Shown here: piece after piece, positions 51,423-60,858 of the stretch
How the letters are laid out: each line of letters begins with the position of its first letter
Numbering within the stretch: position 1 is the first letter of the stretch
IMG/VR virus record: IMGVR_UViG_3300042673_002246
Source of the DNA: a virus
DNA length: 64,000 bases
Reading direction: 5' to 3' (one strand)
Notes under the pieces: model-generated
Told to the model about the DNA's origin: nothing
The model's input: the letters and a program-made list of their open reading frames with translations, nothing else
The model's database searches: none
Program-made: the position numbers and the translations under genes

Positions 51423-52470
51423 AGCAGTCCAATTTCCTCCATTTTTTGGGAGCACGCCAAAAATTGGTAAATCAGAAGTACTAGAAATTGATTCAATTAA
51501 TGACGTTCATCTTGGCGGCGGTGTTGTCTGTTTCAGAAATGCATTTAATCCGAACAAAGAACTCATTATGCCATGGGCTGACAGAAATGCACAGCTGGCG
51601 CATGAGCAAAGATGGAAATATCACACCGACAGCTCCGGTCAGAAATATGCGGTAAACGAGGACGGCAATAAATTCTCAATTGAACAGATAGAGGAAGTTC
51701 CAATTCGTGTTCTTCAGCCGGTACAGCAAGGCACCGAGCCGGAAGTTGTTGAGATATTCCAGAACTGGGAAGACCAAATTTATAAGTGCTTAATTAAGTA
51801 CATTCACAGATTCCCATTTGCTCTCGGAACAATATGGTGGAGGAGCAGGGGGCACCTTCTGCGATACGACGAGGGTGATTATTTGGGAATCCATAACGAT
51901 AATGACTCAAACTATAGGGCCACAAACGGTGAAAGATTTGTCCCCAAGGGGCAGGTGCAGATGCGTCAAGTTGTTGCCGTAATGGCATACATCAATGACT
52001 GCGTATCGAGCACATCCGAATTGGATGGAACAAACTACATAGGCGGGGAGTTGTTTTTTCCATACCTTGATATTGAGCACCAAGCAAAATCCGGAGATAT
52101 AGTAATTTTTCCTTGCAACTTTATGGCCACCCATGGCGTCCACACTGTTACGCATGGGAAACGATACGGGTATCTAGAGTTCTTTTCACAAGGTTCATCA
52201 CATGATGACGTCTTAATAAATGTGTCGGAGCCAGATGCTGTTGATGACTGGTGTCGTCCGCATTGGATTGACTCCCTGTATGACGATTACTCCCTCTATG
52301 CAAAACACTCAGATTACGGTCAATCGGATTTTGATGAAGCAAGAACAAATCCTGTTTATCAGAATCGGGCGCTTGAGGGGGAAAACGGTTTATCTCGGCC
52401 GTATTACGCGAGCGATGTAATAAAAGAAACAGAAAACAGGGGTAAAGTTTACCCCGACCAACTTATATAA
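51415..52470 (+). CDS. Prolyl-4-hydroxylase-like 2OG-Fe(II) dioxygenase (start probably TTG 51415)
   Basis: GIHND...YIND...GGELFF...HGV..V..GKRY. Confidence 0.85.
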   Translation: MSKAVQFPPFFGSTPKIGKSEVLEIDSINDVHLGGGVVCFRNAFNPNKELIMPWADRNAQLAHEQRWKYHTDSSGQKYAVNEDGNKFSIEQIEEVPIRVLQPVQQGTEPEVVEIFQNWEDQIYKCLIKYIHRFPFALGTIWWRSRGHLLRYDEGDYLGIHNDNDSNYRATNGERFVPKGQVQMRQVVAVMAYINDCVSSTSELDGTNYIGGELFFPYLDIEHQAKSGDIVIFPCNFMATHGVHTVTHGKRYGYLEFFSQGSSHDDVLINVSEPDAVDDWCRPHWIDSLYDDYSLYAKHSDYGQSDFDEARTNPVYQNRALEGENGLSRPYYASDVIKETENRGKVYPDQLI

Positions 52471-52491
52471 GCAGTCCCTGAAGCACCATAT

Positions 52492-53322
52492 TCATCTCGG
52501 TTCCTGCCAAGATGGATAGTCACCTCTTGGCTTATCAAGTGAATTGTTCATTGTTAAGTGTTTTCCAAAAGTATTGATTCCATGTATGAATCCCAAATGC
52601 TCTGGAAATTTTAAATCGATGCATATGTCTCTCAGTTTTCCGTCGCGAATCTGTTCCCAAATATAAACCATCGTTTCAGAGCCAGTTCTTCCATCCACGT
52701 AGAATTTTTCTGCTATTAGGTTTAGCATTTCATCTTCCCATTTGGGATTTTTTGGTGTTATTTTGTCTTGAAACAGATGCTCTTTTGGCGGCGACATACT
52801 GCCAGACGCAATGAGCCGATTTACGTATTTTGCTGGAGCGGCAGATACGTGGACATCAAAAAGCCCGCCCGACAACAATGCCGCTGCTTCCCGTGCTGAT
52901 GGTCCTGAAAGAATCATGAGTCGATGCTTTTTATCAGTTAAAGCTTCATCTTCAATGGGGTACCCCCTAATTGCTCCCTCACAGTAGTTATCTGTTAGGC
53001 CAGAAACGATGGTCCTCCACTGGTGTTCTTCCTCGTCTCCATTCAAAGAATTTAAGTCAATATACAAACCTTTGTATTTGTTTATTAATACATTTCTTGG
53101 TGTTTCCATGGCTGCATCATTTGTGCCTATGCAGATAATCGCCCCACACTCATCAGCAAGCTTCTCCAAAGTGAATAAATTATTTATTCCGCAATCCGAT
53201 GCTCTGTGTATAGTCTCCATTGACCTATCCATCGATGCGAAAAATACAGAATGTCCTGCTAATTGCAATGACTTTGCGATTGTTGCACCCATTTTCCCGG
53301 GAGAATTAATTCCAATTTTCAT
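52492..53322 (-). CDS. NAD(P)-binding Rossmann protein (6PGDH/3-hydroxyisobutyrate-DH-like N-terminus) with unrelated C-terminus
   Basis: MKIGINSPGKMGATIA..L..AGH...YIDLNS...GAIRG.P...LSGP.A. Confidence 0.7.
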   Translation of the reverse strand: MKIGINSPGKMGATIAKSLQLAGHSVFFASMDRSMETIHRASDCGINNLFTLEKLADECGAIICIGTNDAAMETPRNVLINKYKGLYIDLNSLNGDEEEHQWRTIVSGLTDNYCEGAIRGYPIEDEALTDKKHRLMILSGPSAREAAALLSGGLFDVHVSAAPAKYVNRLIASGSMSPPKEHLFQDKITPKNPKWEDEMLNLIAEKFYVDGRTGSETMVYIWEQIRDGKLRDICIDLKFPEHLGFIHGINTFGKHLTMNNSLDKPRGDYPSWQEPR

Positions 53323-53331
53323 TGATACGCC

Positions 53332-54108
53332 TCACTTTATTGGACCAACAGGAACAAACTGTTGGACCGAATTTGCTGAATGACTAGTAATAAAATCAAG
53401 ATGATACGAAAAGTTCTGCAATTCTTGTCTTTTATGTTCTGCCGGTGGGCTTATATCGAGAACGCCGTGGCAGAACCAGGAAAGATAAGCAAATCTCTCT
53501 CCCGTTTCTATTGGTGTTATCTCATGGCAACCAGAAAAGTTAGAAGGGTACACAACGATTGAACCAAACTTGGGGAATACGGTTATGCCCCATGGGCGGA
53601 AACTTAGATTTCCACCTGTGTATTTATCGTTTAGGAAAATGCTACACGTAAGAGTATTTGCTATTGGTGCCAATGAGATTGGAGTCAAACCATCATCTGC
53701 GTATGGGAGATTTGCGTCGGAATGTGGTCCTATCATTTGTCCCGGAAGATACCTAATTACATGACCCCTGGTCCGCCATTTTACGGCACCTGCGGCAGAT
53801 GGGAATATCTCCAAGTACTTACTGACACAGTTGGTTCCGGAGTCCTCCAAATCGCTCAAGGTTTGAAAATCTTTTTTTTCTATTCCCAAATGATTTACAT
53901 TTAAGTATCTATGTGGGGCAATCTTTGCTTGTTCTAAATTGTGGTTATACCCACCAGAATTTTTTAAATTCTCATTACCCAAATTTGAGTAACCCTCATG
54001 GTTGGTGGACAGGAGGAGGTTTTCAAGATACTTATCGACATCTTGTTGTGTTGACTTTATTGCATTGTCAAACTGAACAATTCCATTTCCTAGATGCGTT
54101 ATGTTCAT
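53332..54108 (-). CDS. P4H-like 2OG-Fe(II) dioxygenase
   Basis: PHSD...FLND.YTGG...HEI..I..GERF. Confidence 0.88.
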   Translation of the reverse strand: MNITHLGNGIVQFDNAIKSTQQDVDKYLENLLLSTNHEGYSNLGNENLKNSGGYNHNLEQAKIAPHRYLNVNHLGIEKKDFQTLSDLEDSGTNCVSKYLEIFPSAAGAVKWRTRGHVIRYLPGQMIGPHSDANLPYADDGLTPISLAPIANTLTCSIFLNDKYTGGNLSFRPWGITVFPKFGSIVVYPSNFSGCHEITPIETGERFAYLSWFCHGVLDISPPAEHKRQELQNFSYHLDFITSHSANSVQQFVPVGPIK

Positions 54109-55016
54109 TAAAAACCGTCCGAAACCAGAGACATGGCATAGAAGTGTTTATCTGGCCCACAATTTTGTATGTATTCTCTAAAGTCTTTGCGCAAGTTGGG
54201 TAGGTAAACGTTTGTAGAAACCTTTGCAATTTCTGGTTCCTTAACAGGGTCTGCGATGTGCTCGTGATATTCGCTATTTGGGCTTCCGTGTGAATACCAA
54301 CCCAAATATGAATATCTCTCCCCCCTGGAAACTGGAAGCACTTCATGTGATGCTATGTAATTTGATGGGAACATTAGTATGTCCCCCTTTCGTGGTTTGT
54401 AATTTATATTTAGTTCGTTAAAGAAATGGTGTCCTCCAGCAAATGAATTTACAGCATCATCGCCAGATTCATCGCAATCGTTAATGTAGACAATGCAGGA
54501 TAGTGTATTTCTTGTTGCTAGCTGGTCGGATGGGTGTTCGTATCCATAGACGTAGTCGGCGCTTGTGTCTGAATGGACGCCAAGGTATTGGCGATTACCC
54601 ACAACTCCAGATGGTGGAGATGAATACCTAACGATATGCCCCTTAACCTTCCACCAAATATTTTTGTAAGAAAGGGGATATCTGAGCATGTATTTGAGCA
54701 AATACCTATCTTTCGAGTCCTCCCAAAACTCAAGCATTTCCCTAAACTTATCTGAACATTGCTGATGGGCGGACGAACACCTACTTGGCATCGATGCAAA
54801 TGTGTCGTAATCAAAAATGTAGCCGCTCATATTTACTAGCGCTTTTTCGCCAGTTTCGGGATGAATTGTTTCGGTGTACATAGCGGAGGCGTCTCTGTCG
54901 ACAAGCTCCCTACAGGAATTAATAGCAAATTCCCAGTCAAAGTCGATAGCCGACGGAAACAGACAAACACCAGCACCAAGTTCCATCATTTCTACGTCAT
55001 TAAACTTATTAACCAT
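54108..55016 (-). CDS. P4H-like 2OG-Fe(II) dioxygenase (start revised to 55016)
   Basis: VHSD...YIND...GG...HEV..V..GERY; GGAG 8 nt upstream. Confidence 0.85.
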   Translation of the reverse strand: MVNKFNDVEMMELGAGVCLFPSAIDFDWEFAINSCRELVDRDASAMYTETIHPETGEKALVNMSGYIFDYDTFASMPSRCSSAHQQCSDKFREMLEFWEDSKDRYLLKYMLRYPLSYKNIWWKVKGHIVRYSSPPSGVVGNRQYLGVHSDTSADYVYGYEHPSDQLATRNTLSCIVYINDCDESGDDAVNSFAGGHHFFNELNINYKPRKGDILMFPSNYIASHEVLPVSRGERYSYLGWYSHGSPNSEYHEHIADPVKEPEIAKVSTNVYLPNLRKDFREYIQNCGPDKHFYAMSLVSDGF

Positions 55017-55842
55017 GGTCATTGCTCCGAGACCTGTGCGCTGCTGCTCTTGCTGGTGGCATTCCGGAATACTTGCCGTTGATGTATTCATCATAGTCTT
55101 CAGTGATTGAGCTCAACCAAACTTGTCCACCTGTGTCTGAAATCTCCAACTGTGGGTTTATCCCTTTTTCTTGAGATTCTGAGCCCTGGGCAAACCAGGC
55201 AAGGTACGTGAGTCTTTCTCCACTTGTGATAGTGGATATCTCATGGGCGGCTACGTAATTAGCCGGAAACAAAAGTATGTTTCCTTTTTGCGGTTTGATT
55301 GCAACGTCTGCATACGGAAATAACATTTCACCGCCACAAAACGCTCCTGGCGCTGGGGTTTCCGACCAGTCGTTAATGAAAACTATTGCACTCAGAACGT
55401 TTCTAGTTGCGTGTTCCTTGCTGGGCATTTTTCCATATCTGTAGTTCACATCATTATCCGAATGAAGCCCCAGTGAACCACCGGTTGAATAAGAGAGGAT
55501 ATGTCCAGAAGTTCTCCACCACAGGCAGCTAAGGATTGCTGGAAACATTTCAATGTACTGCAAAAGACAGGAATATATCGCTGGCTCAAATTCGTTGTAT
55601 ATTTCGCTACCCAACCCTTGTAGTCTGAGTGGAGCTTTTGCCATGTCCTGCAGGCTATAAATAAAACCGCCCTGATTTAGCGCGTGGATTGGATTTCCGT
55701 TTTCATCTAGGACAACGGTAAAATTTTCTTCTATTGCCTTTTGCTTCAACTTCTCTATCTTGTCTGAAAATTTACTGAATTCGATGTTCGCAGCGGCCAC
55801 AAACTCGATTATTCCATGACCATGATTTATCACGGAGCTCAT
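55009..55842 (-). CDS. P4H-like 2OG-Fe(II) dioxygenase
   Basis: LHSD...FIND...GGEM...HEI..I..GERL. Confidence 0.88.
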   Translation of the reverse strand: MSSVINHGHGIIEFVAAANIEFSKFSDKIEKLKQKAIEENFTVVLDENGNPIHALNQGGFIYSLQDMAKAPLRLQGLGSEIYNEFEPAIYSCLLQYIEMFPAILSCLWWRTSGHILSYSTGGSLGLHSDNDVNYRYGKMPSKEHATRNVLSAIVFINDWSETPAPGAFCGGEMLFPYADVAIKPQKGNILLFPANYVAAHEISTITSGERLTYLAWFAQGSESQEKGINPQLEISDTGGQVWLSSITEDYDEYINGKYSGMPPARAAAHRSRSNDHG

Positions 55843-56453
55843 AGCAGGGACCTTATGGCTTGTTTTATTGAATTATCCTCCCCGAATAAAGCCTGCTCCG
55901 ATATCGGTGATTCCGCCCAATTAAATCGACCAACATAAACGCCTTCTCGTGATGTTAAGAATTTTTCCCAATTGTTCGGAACCCTCATTGCAACTTCCCC
56001 CGCTCTATTTCTTCCAGCAGCCGCAGCGGCACTCAAGTCGGCCATGCTGTCGTTAAAATTTCTTATTAGCTCTCCATTTAGGAATGAGTAAACGTCATGC
56101 CTATTTTGCCCGTTAACGTCTATTTTTTCTGCTATCGGAAATGTAACGTAGGGATAATTTTTTTTTATATTTTCAAAAATTTCCAAATTGTCGCCATTCT
56201 CCATGTTCCCAAATTGGTTGCATGGGTAACCGACGACGCTAAAACCGCTATCACAAAATTCTTCATGAAGTTTTTGCAATTCCCAAAAATTTTTAGCTGT
56301 TCTTGCATAAGACCATAGACGACTGCACTTTGGCGAGTATCCGGTCTTTGATACAACGTTTACATGGAGGAGCACTTTACCCCTTAACTGTCCAAGCAAA
56401 TTTGGACAGCCATCCAAAGAGCTTATTTCTATATCAAAAATCGATTTACTCAT
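55839..56453 (-). CDS. Glutathione-peroxidase-fold protein with altered catalytic residues (start revised to 56453)
   Basis: GKVLLHVNVVSKTG, GYPCNQFG.ME, TFPI.EKIDVNG, NWEKFL. Confidence 0.85.
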   Translation of the reverse strand: MSKSIFDIEISSLDGCPNLLGQLRGKVLLHVNVVSKTGYSPKCSRLWSYARTAKNFWELQKLHEEFCDSGFSVVGYPCNQFGNMENGDNLEIFENIKKNYPYVTFPIAEKIDVNGQNRHDVYSFLNGELIRNFNDSMADLSAAAAAGRNRAGEVAMRVPNNWEKFLTSREGVYVGRFNWAESPISEQALFGEDNSIKQAIRSLL

Positions 56454-56745
56454 CCTCTGACACCGTACATGAGATTTTGGTATTAAGAAATTCACCTATT
56501 CTTAGAAAACCGCTTCCAGATTCCGTATCAATATCGATTTGTACCGTCGTAATAATTGGTGCCTCTAGTTCAAATCTGCTACTTATACTCTTTCCGTTAT
56601 TGCCGATGACCACATTTTCTCCAGGCACCACGTGGGTTCCCCTGCTATGGTTGATTGCAATTGAGCCATCTTCGGAAAGAGTTAATCTGCAAACTTCTTC
56701 CCCAAATGGTGTATCAACGGAGATATCCCAAGACCCCAAAATCAT
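56446..56745 (-). CDS. Small beta-rich hypothetical protein
   Basis: 99 aa; GSWDISVDTPFG N-terminus; coupled to the GPx-like gene. Confidence 0.65.
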   Translation of the reverse strand: MILGSWDISVDTPFGEEVCRLTLSEDGSIAINHSRGTHVVPGENVVIGNNGKSISSRFELEAPIITTVQIDIDTESGSGFLRIGEFLNTKISCTVSEDE

Positions 56746-56752
56746 GGCATCG

Positions 56753-57361
56753 TTACTGTGAATTGCGGCCTCTTGCCCAAGGACTCATGTCCGGGTATAC
56801 CGTTGTATTTGGAATTCTTGGGTGGAGGTTAAAGCTTACGCAAACTCTAGGTTTGTCTTCATTGTGTCTTTCTGTCTGATGGGGAACAAATGAGTTGAAA
56901 AATACAATCTTCCCTGTTTCTGGTTCTATTTTTGTAACCATGTTGTATGCGTTCATGGCTTCTCCGTAAAGGCAAAGTCGGCATCCTGGACCAACAGCAT
57001 CGATGTAAATAACACCAGACCAGTACTCGCTTGGAAAAAGATGCGCATTCGAACTATGTCTATGGTAAGGAGTTGATTGTCCTTTTTCTAAAATTCCACA
57101 CCATATGTCTGCAAGGACAACGTCGCCAAGTACTTCGTTGGCCCTATGCTCAATCATGTCACGCAAACCCTGACACTCTTTTGTGTTTGGCAGAACGTAA
57201 TCAACCCCACTCTGCACGTCAACAAATTCTTTTGCATCTGGGAAATCTGGATGTATTCTAGATTCCAAAATTTGAGACGCTATTACCGAATAATCAATTC
57301 CTTTAATGAATGATTCATGGGCTCTGATTGGAACTAACCAAATCCAGCCATTGTTATTCAT
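56753..57361 (-). CDS. Putative 2OG-Fe(II) oxygenase (HxH type, TIGR02466-like)
   Basis: W...GQSTPYHRH...WSGVIY...FFNSFVPHQT...RVCVSFN. Confidence 0.82.
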   Translation of the reverse strand: MNNNGWIWLVPIRAHESFIKGIDYSVIASQILESRIHPDFPDAKEFVDVQSGVDYVLPNTKECQGLRDMIEHRANEVLGDVVLADIWCGILEKGQSTPYHRHSSNAHLFPSEYWSGVIYIDAVGPGCRLCLYGEAMNAYNMVTKIEPETGKIVFFNSFVPHQTERHNEDKPRVCVSFNLHPRIPNTTVYPDMSPWARGRNSQ

Positions 57362-58025
57362 GCGCAAAATCTCCTGTTGCTAGCCCCATTGGGGGAACAT
57401 CTTTTGTCCATACATTAATGACCATTACTTGCCTTAGTCTAGACCCTGCTGGTGTCGTGTTATGTACCACATGGCCGGAATCAAATACTACGAGCCTGTT
57501 CCCCTTGTACCTAATCCTCTCTCTTTCATTTGGTGGAGAAGACGCGTATGCGGCAAGTACAGATGGCTCCAAGGCCAACGTTGAGCCATCCTCCAACCTT
57601 GAGTTGTGGATTTCGAGAAAGCCACCGTCATCATTATCGCATCCATACCAAACACAGCCAATCCGCGGTCCGTAAAACGTACCTGTCAACAGATATGCAA
57701 ATGTATCCTCATCTACATGCTCCCCTATGAACTGACCTGGTTCGAATGTCCTGGTCCAGTATTCGAAACCAATGACCTCTTCAATCGGAAAAGGTAATCT
57801 CTTTTTCCAGATTTCTTTTATAACTAAATGCTTGAGGCTTCTTGGTTGGCTTTTCCCCCATCCATCCCAAAACATATAGGACGATAGCTCCTTGGAATCC
57901 CCGTGATACGAGTTGAGACTTGTCGCTATTTGTTGACCATCTTCATATTTCGACGCGAAAAAAGTTTCATCGCGCAAGACTTGTTCGTACAATTCTGCCG
58001 GAACGCAGTTATCTTCAACGAACAT
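57354..58025 (-). CDS. 2OG-Fe(II) dioxygenase
   Basis: EYW...HVDED...GGFLEI...NRLVVFD...H...R.V. Confidence 0.82.
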   Translation of the reverse strand: MFVEDNCVPAELYEQVLRDETFFASKYEDGQQIATSLNSYHGDSKELSSYMFWDGWGKSQPRSLKHLVIKEIWKKRLPFPIEEVIGFEYWTRTFEPGQFIGEHVDEDTFAYLLTGTFYGPRIGCVWYGCDNDDGGFLEIHNSRLEDGSTLALEPSVLAAYASSPPNERERIRYKGNRLVVFDSGHVVHNTTPAGSRLRQVMVINVWTKDVPPMGLATGDFAHE

Positions 58026-58028
58026 AAT

Positions 58029-58745
58029 TTATAAAAACTTTTCATTCGGAAATTTACTTCTGAGGTAAGCAAGGTCAAAGTCGAACATCAAAACAAGACG
58101 TCTTGATGTACCATCATGTCTTACCGAGTGCTCAAACGGCGGGCCATCCTTGAAAGCAAGAATCTTGCCTTCTTCCCAACTTTTTGTTTCGTCGCCTACG
58201 GTTATTCTACAGTCCTTATCGTTTATTAGGCACAGGTGACTTCTCATTAGTTGGTCAGAACCAAAATGCGGATTTACTACCGCCCCAGGATGCATTATGC
58301 TGAACATTCCGCCAGAACATTGGTTGCTGTCAGCGAACTCAGCAACTATCGAGTTAAACGTTTTGAATTGTTTCCTAACGTGCTCTAGGTGTGTTTCTAG
58401 ATTGGCTTTTGTTTTCCACCTCAGTATTTTTTTTACCATTTCCGTATTTGCCCACTGCTTGGGGTCACTTGCTGGTGGAGTTCCGGCAACCGCTACGTCC
58501 CAGGAGCCTGTATAAAGCTTTCGCCTATCCCCTTCCGGCAAGTCTGATTGTGGATTTTCGTACCTTGCGTGAGAGAGGGTAACATTTGGGGCAGGCAGAG
58601 AAACCTTGTTATCGGAGTATGGGTGTTGAGTGTTTTCGTAAACGATGTACTCGTCACGTATCTTTTCCCAGTTTTTCTCAATCTGCACACACACGGGCAA
58701 GGACCTGATTAATTCATCCCAGAACCTTGGCTGCAAGTCACTCAT
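58029..58745 (-). CDS. Aspartyl/asparaginyl beta-hydroxylase family protein
   Basis: NWEKIRDE, FSIMHPG...PHFG...RSHLCL, WEEGK...F.D...EHSV...RLVLMFD. Confidence 0.88.
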   Translation of the reverse strand: MSDLQPRFWDELIRSLPVCVQIEKNWEKIRDEYIVYENTQHPYSDNKVSLPAPNVTLSHARYENPQSDLPEGDRRKLYTGSWDVAVAGTPPASDPKQWANTEMVKKILRWKTKANLETHLEHVRKQFKTFNSIVAEFADSNQCSGGMFSIMHPGAVVNPHFGSDQLMRSHLCLINDKDCRITVGDETKSWEEGKILAFKDGPPFEHSVRHDGTSRRLVLMFDFDLAYLRSKFPNEKFL

Positions 58746-58781
58746 TTTTTGATACTAACACGTTTCACGTGCTTAAAGATT

Positions 58782-59507
58782 TTAATTTTTAATGAAAACC
58801 GTTTGTCCGTATCCGTTGGCCAGGTGGTATGTGTGCCCGTCGCTGTTTTTAAGAATTTCATGCATGCTTGAATATGGGTGAATATGAAAGTCTTCCCTGT
58901 AAAGCTTCGTATTGTGATTGGACATGCCAATCAGTAGAACACCACCAGGATTCAGTGATTCAACCAAATCTTTAACAAGTTTGTCATTGCCCACAAGAGA
59001 CCAACCCCAGCAAATGGCCATGTCAAATGTGTTTTCAGATATTTCATTTGGCTCGACGACGCAGTATTCGTTAAGCTCATTGATGCCCGGGCCAGGTAAT
59101 TCTAGTTCCCCGGCAATATGCTCCAAAAAGAACAATGAGTGATTATTCACAAAACACAAGTCTGTGTCTGGAAATTTTGCTTTATACATACTCCAAAGTA
59201 GTATTTCTGCATCGACGAATAACAAGGAATTTGGCTTCTTTGTCATTAGAACTTGTTCTTGAGCGATGTATTCAGCTTCGATTATCGCTGCCCATTCTGG
59301 TTCCATTCCCTTAATGAGTTCATAAATCCAGTATGTGTTCAGTCCTGCTACAGCAACATTTCTCTTGTCAAGATTGATTGATGAAAGCCAGCTTGATACC
59401 GCGCTTCCTGCATCGCTCATCAACTGAGCAAAATCAATATTGTTGCTAAATTGGGTCTTTGATGACTGCTGCGTCACCAGAGCGCTCCTAATTGCAAAAT
59501 TATCCAT
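58782..59507 (-). CDS. Class I SAM-methyltransferase-like protein (divergent)
   Basis: FDMAIC...LVESLNPGGVLLI; the canonical GxG motif I is not evident. Confidence 0.5.
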   Translation of the reverse strand: MDNFAIRSALVTQQSSKTQFSNNIDFAQLMSDAGSAVSSWLSSINLDKRNVAVAGLNTYWIYELIKGMEPEWAAIIEAEYIAQEQVLMTKKPNSLLFVDAEILLWSMYKAKFPDTDLCFVNNHSLFFLEHIAGELELPGPGINELNEYCVVEPNEISENTFDMAICWGWSLVGNDKLVKDLVESLNPGGVLLIGMSNHNTKLYREDFHIHPYSSMHEILKNSDGHTYHLANGYGQTVFIKN

Positions 59508-59808
59508 TTTGGATTACCGCCAATACAACTTGTCTCTGGAACCAGAGATGCCTTGCCCTATTTGTTAGTAGAAAATTTCTTTTACGCGTTAAGTCGTAGT
59601 ATGGTTTTCCCTGTTGGTTAAATGTCGAACTGCTCATGTGAAATGACTGTCTCAGACTAAAAAAAATGTCGTCGAACTCGACTTCGGATATTTGATTGAA
59701 CTCCATACCGGCTATGTACATTATCTTTGCGAGTTCGCGCTCTATTTCCTGCAAGTGCGAAGCAGCATCGAAGAGAGGCTCTTCACCGTGTTGTCTAGTC
59801 TGTTTCAT
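59500..59808 (-). CDS. Small helical hypothetical protein
   Basis: 102 aa; coupled to neighbours. Confidence 0.65.
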   Translation of the reverse strand: MKQTRQHGEEPLFDAASHLQEIERELAKIMYIAGMEFNQISEVEFDDIFFSLRQSFHMSSSTFNQQGKPYYDLTRKRNFLLTNRARHLWFQRQVVLAVIQNG

Positions 59809-60103
59809 CTGTAAATTCCTCGGTCCAGTCGTCGTTTATATCAATCGGGTCTTGTCCAAATTGGGACATTGGGTCATTCCCCTGTAGGCGCTCACAAAAT
59901 AATGCAGCGCCGTCCGGAAGAACGAAAGAAAAAGTTTTTGGGTTCCAGTGCAAAACATTTTCTGTTCTATCTGGATTGTCCATTGGGTTGGTTATGTCTG
60001 GTTCTGATTTTGACTGCTCAGGACAGATGTTGTATTGCCCTGTAGCGATGGCAGCGTCCACCAGCGGAACATTCCTTTTGATTGGCGGTAAATTCAGCTC
60101 CAC
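59795..60103 (-). CDS. Hypothetical protein
   Basis: 102 aa, GTG start. Confidence 0.6.
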   Translation of the reverse strand: MELNLPPIKRNVPLVDAAIATGQYNICPEQSKSEPDITNPMDNPDRTENVLHWNPKTFSFVLPDGAALFCERLQGNDPMSQFGQDPIDINDDWTEEFTDETD

Positions 60104-60113
60104 AATGAAACCA

Positions 60114-60329
60114 CTACGAGAGTCGCTGCAGAGACTCTATTTGTCTAATCAGATTGTTGAAAGACTTGTATCTTGTTGCGTCTGATTCTGGAGTCTCTGG
60201 GTTTTCAAAATTCTCATCAAGTGTTTCTGGATTGACGCCAAGAGAAAGGGCAAGTACGTATATCGAGTATTCAAGATATTGCTTTGCTTCTTGTCGTGCT
60301 TGTTGTTTTTGTTCATCCGAAAGCGCCAT
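60114..60329 (-). CDS. Small helical protein (tandem paralog family)
   Basis: LSDEQK...LALSLGVNPETL; AGGAG RBS. Confidence 0.75.
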   Translation of the reverse strand: MALSDEQKQQARQEAKQYLEYSIYVLALSLGVNPETLDENFENPETPESDATRYKSFNNLIRQIESLQRLS

Positions 60330-60341
60330 GTTGATTTTCTC

Positions 60342-60587
60342 CTATTTAAGTGTGTCCATTGTCAGATTCGATGCTTGTCTAAAGTGGCCGACTTGGCGCA
60401 ATAACTTTTCTTTGCGAGTTGGTCTATCAGAATCACGAACATTAAGGTTTTCCATAACTTCATCTTCGGATATCTCAAGAGGGTCTATGGCGCTCAGAAG
60501 CAATGTATGAATCTGGGCGTTAATCAGCTGCTGATGCAGTCTAAACCCAGCAGCAATCTTTGCCTGTTTGCTAATCCCAAATTGCAT
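60342..60587 (-). CDS. Small helical protein (tandem paralog family)
   Basis: ISKQAK...LLLSAIDPLEI. Confidence 0.65.
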   Translation of the reverse strand: MQFGISKQAKIAAGFRLHQQLINAQIHTLLLSAIDPLEISEDEVMENLNVRDSDRPTRKEKLLRQVGHFRQASNLTMDTLK

Positions 60588-60593
60588 TTTTGC

Positions 60594-60818
60594 CTACGAG
60601 TTAAGTTCATTCAGCTTGCGCTTAATCAGTTTTACTGCATTTATTGACTCATTGAGGATTGGGACCTCGAAATTGTGCTCAGCCTCAAGAATAAATGTGT
60701 CTGGGTCTATTCCGTGCCCAATCAGTCTTTCAAACAACACCTTTTCGGCGTCCCTAAGGCTGCGCTCAAATATCCCGCGCTTCTCGTTATTTGTCAATTG
60801 AGACGAAAATTCCATCAC
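60594..60818 (-). CDS. Small helical protein (tandem paralog family)
   Basis: LTNNEK...LIGHGIDPDTF. Confidence 0.72.
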   Translation of the reverse strand: MMEFSSQLTNNEKRGIFERSLRDAEKVLFERLIGHGIDPDTFILEAEHNFEVPILNESINAVKLIKRKLNELNS

Positions 60819-60858
60819 CTATCTCCGATTGTGTTGTTTGCTTTGAATCATACCACCA

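Noticed and set aside
56343-56345. Selenocysteine in the GPx-like gene
   Set aside because: The codon is ACC (Thr); there is no in-frame TGA
60819-60851. 10-codon ORF ending in TAG in frame with 60594..60818, suggesting readthrough or amber recoding
   Set aside because: The downstream gene has its own GGAG; TAG serves as a normal stop for many genes here and long ORFs are intact in code 11
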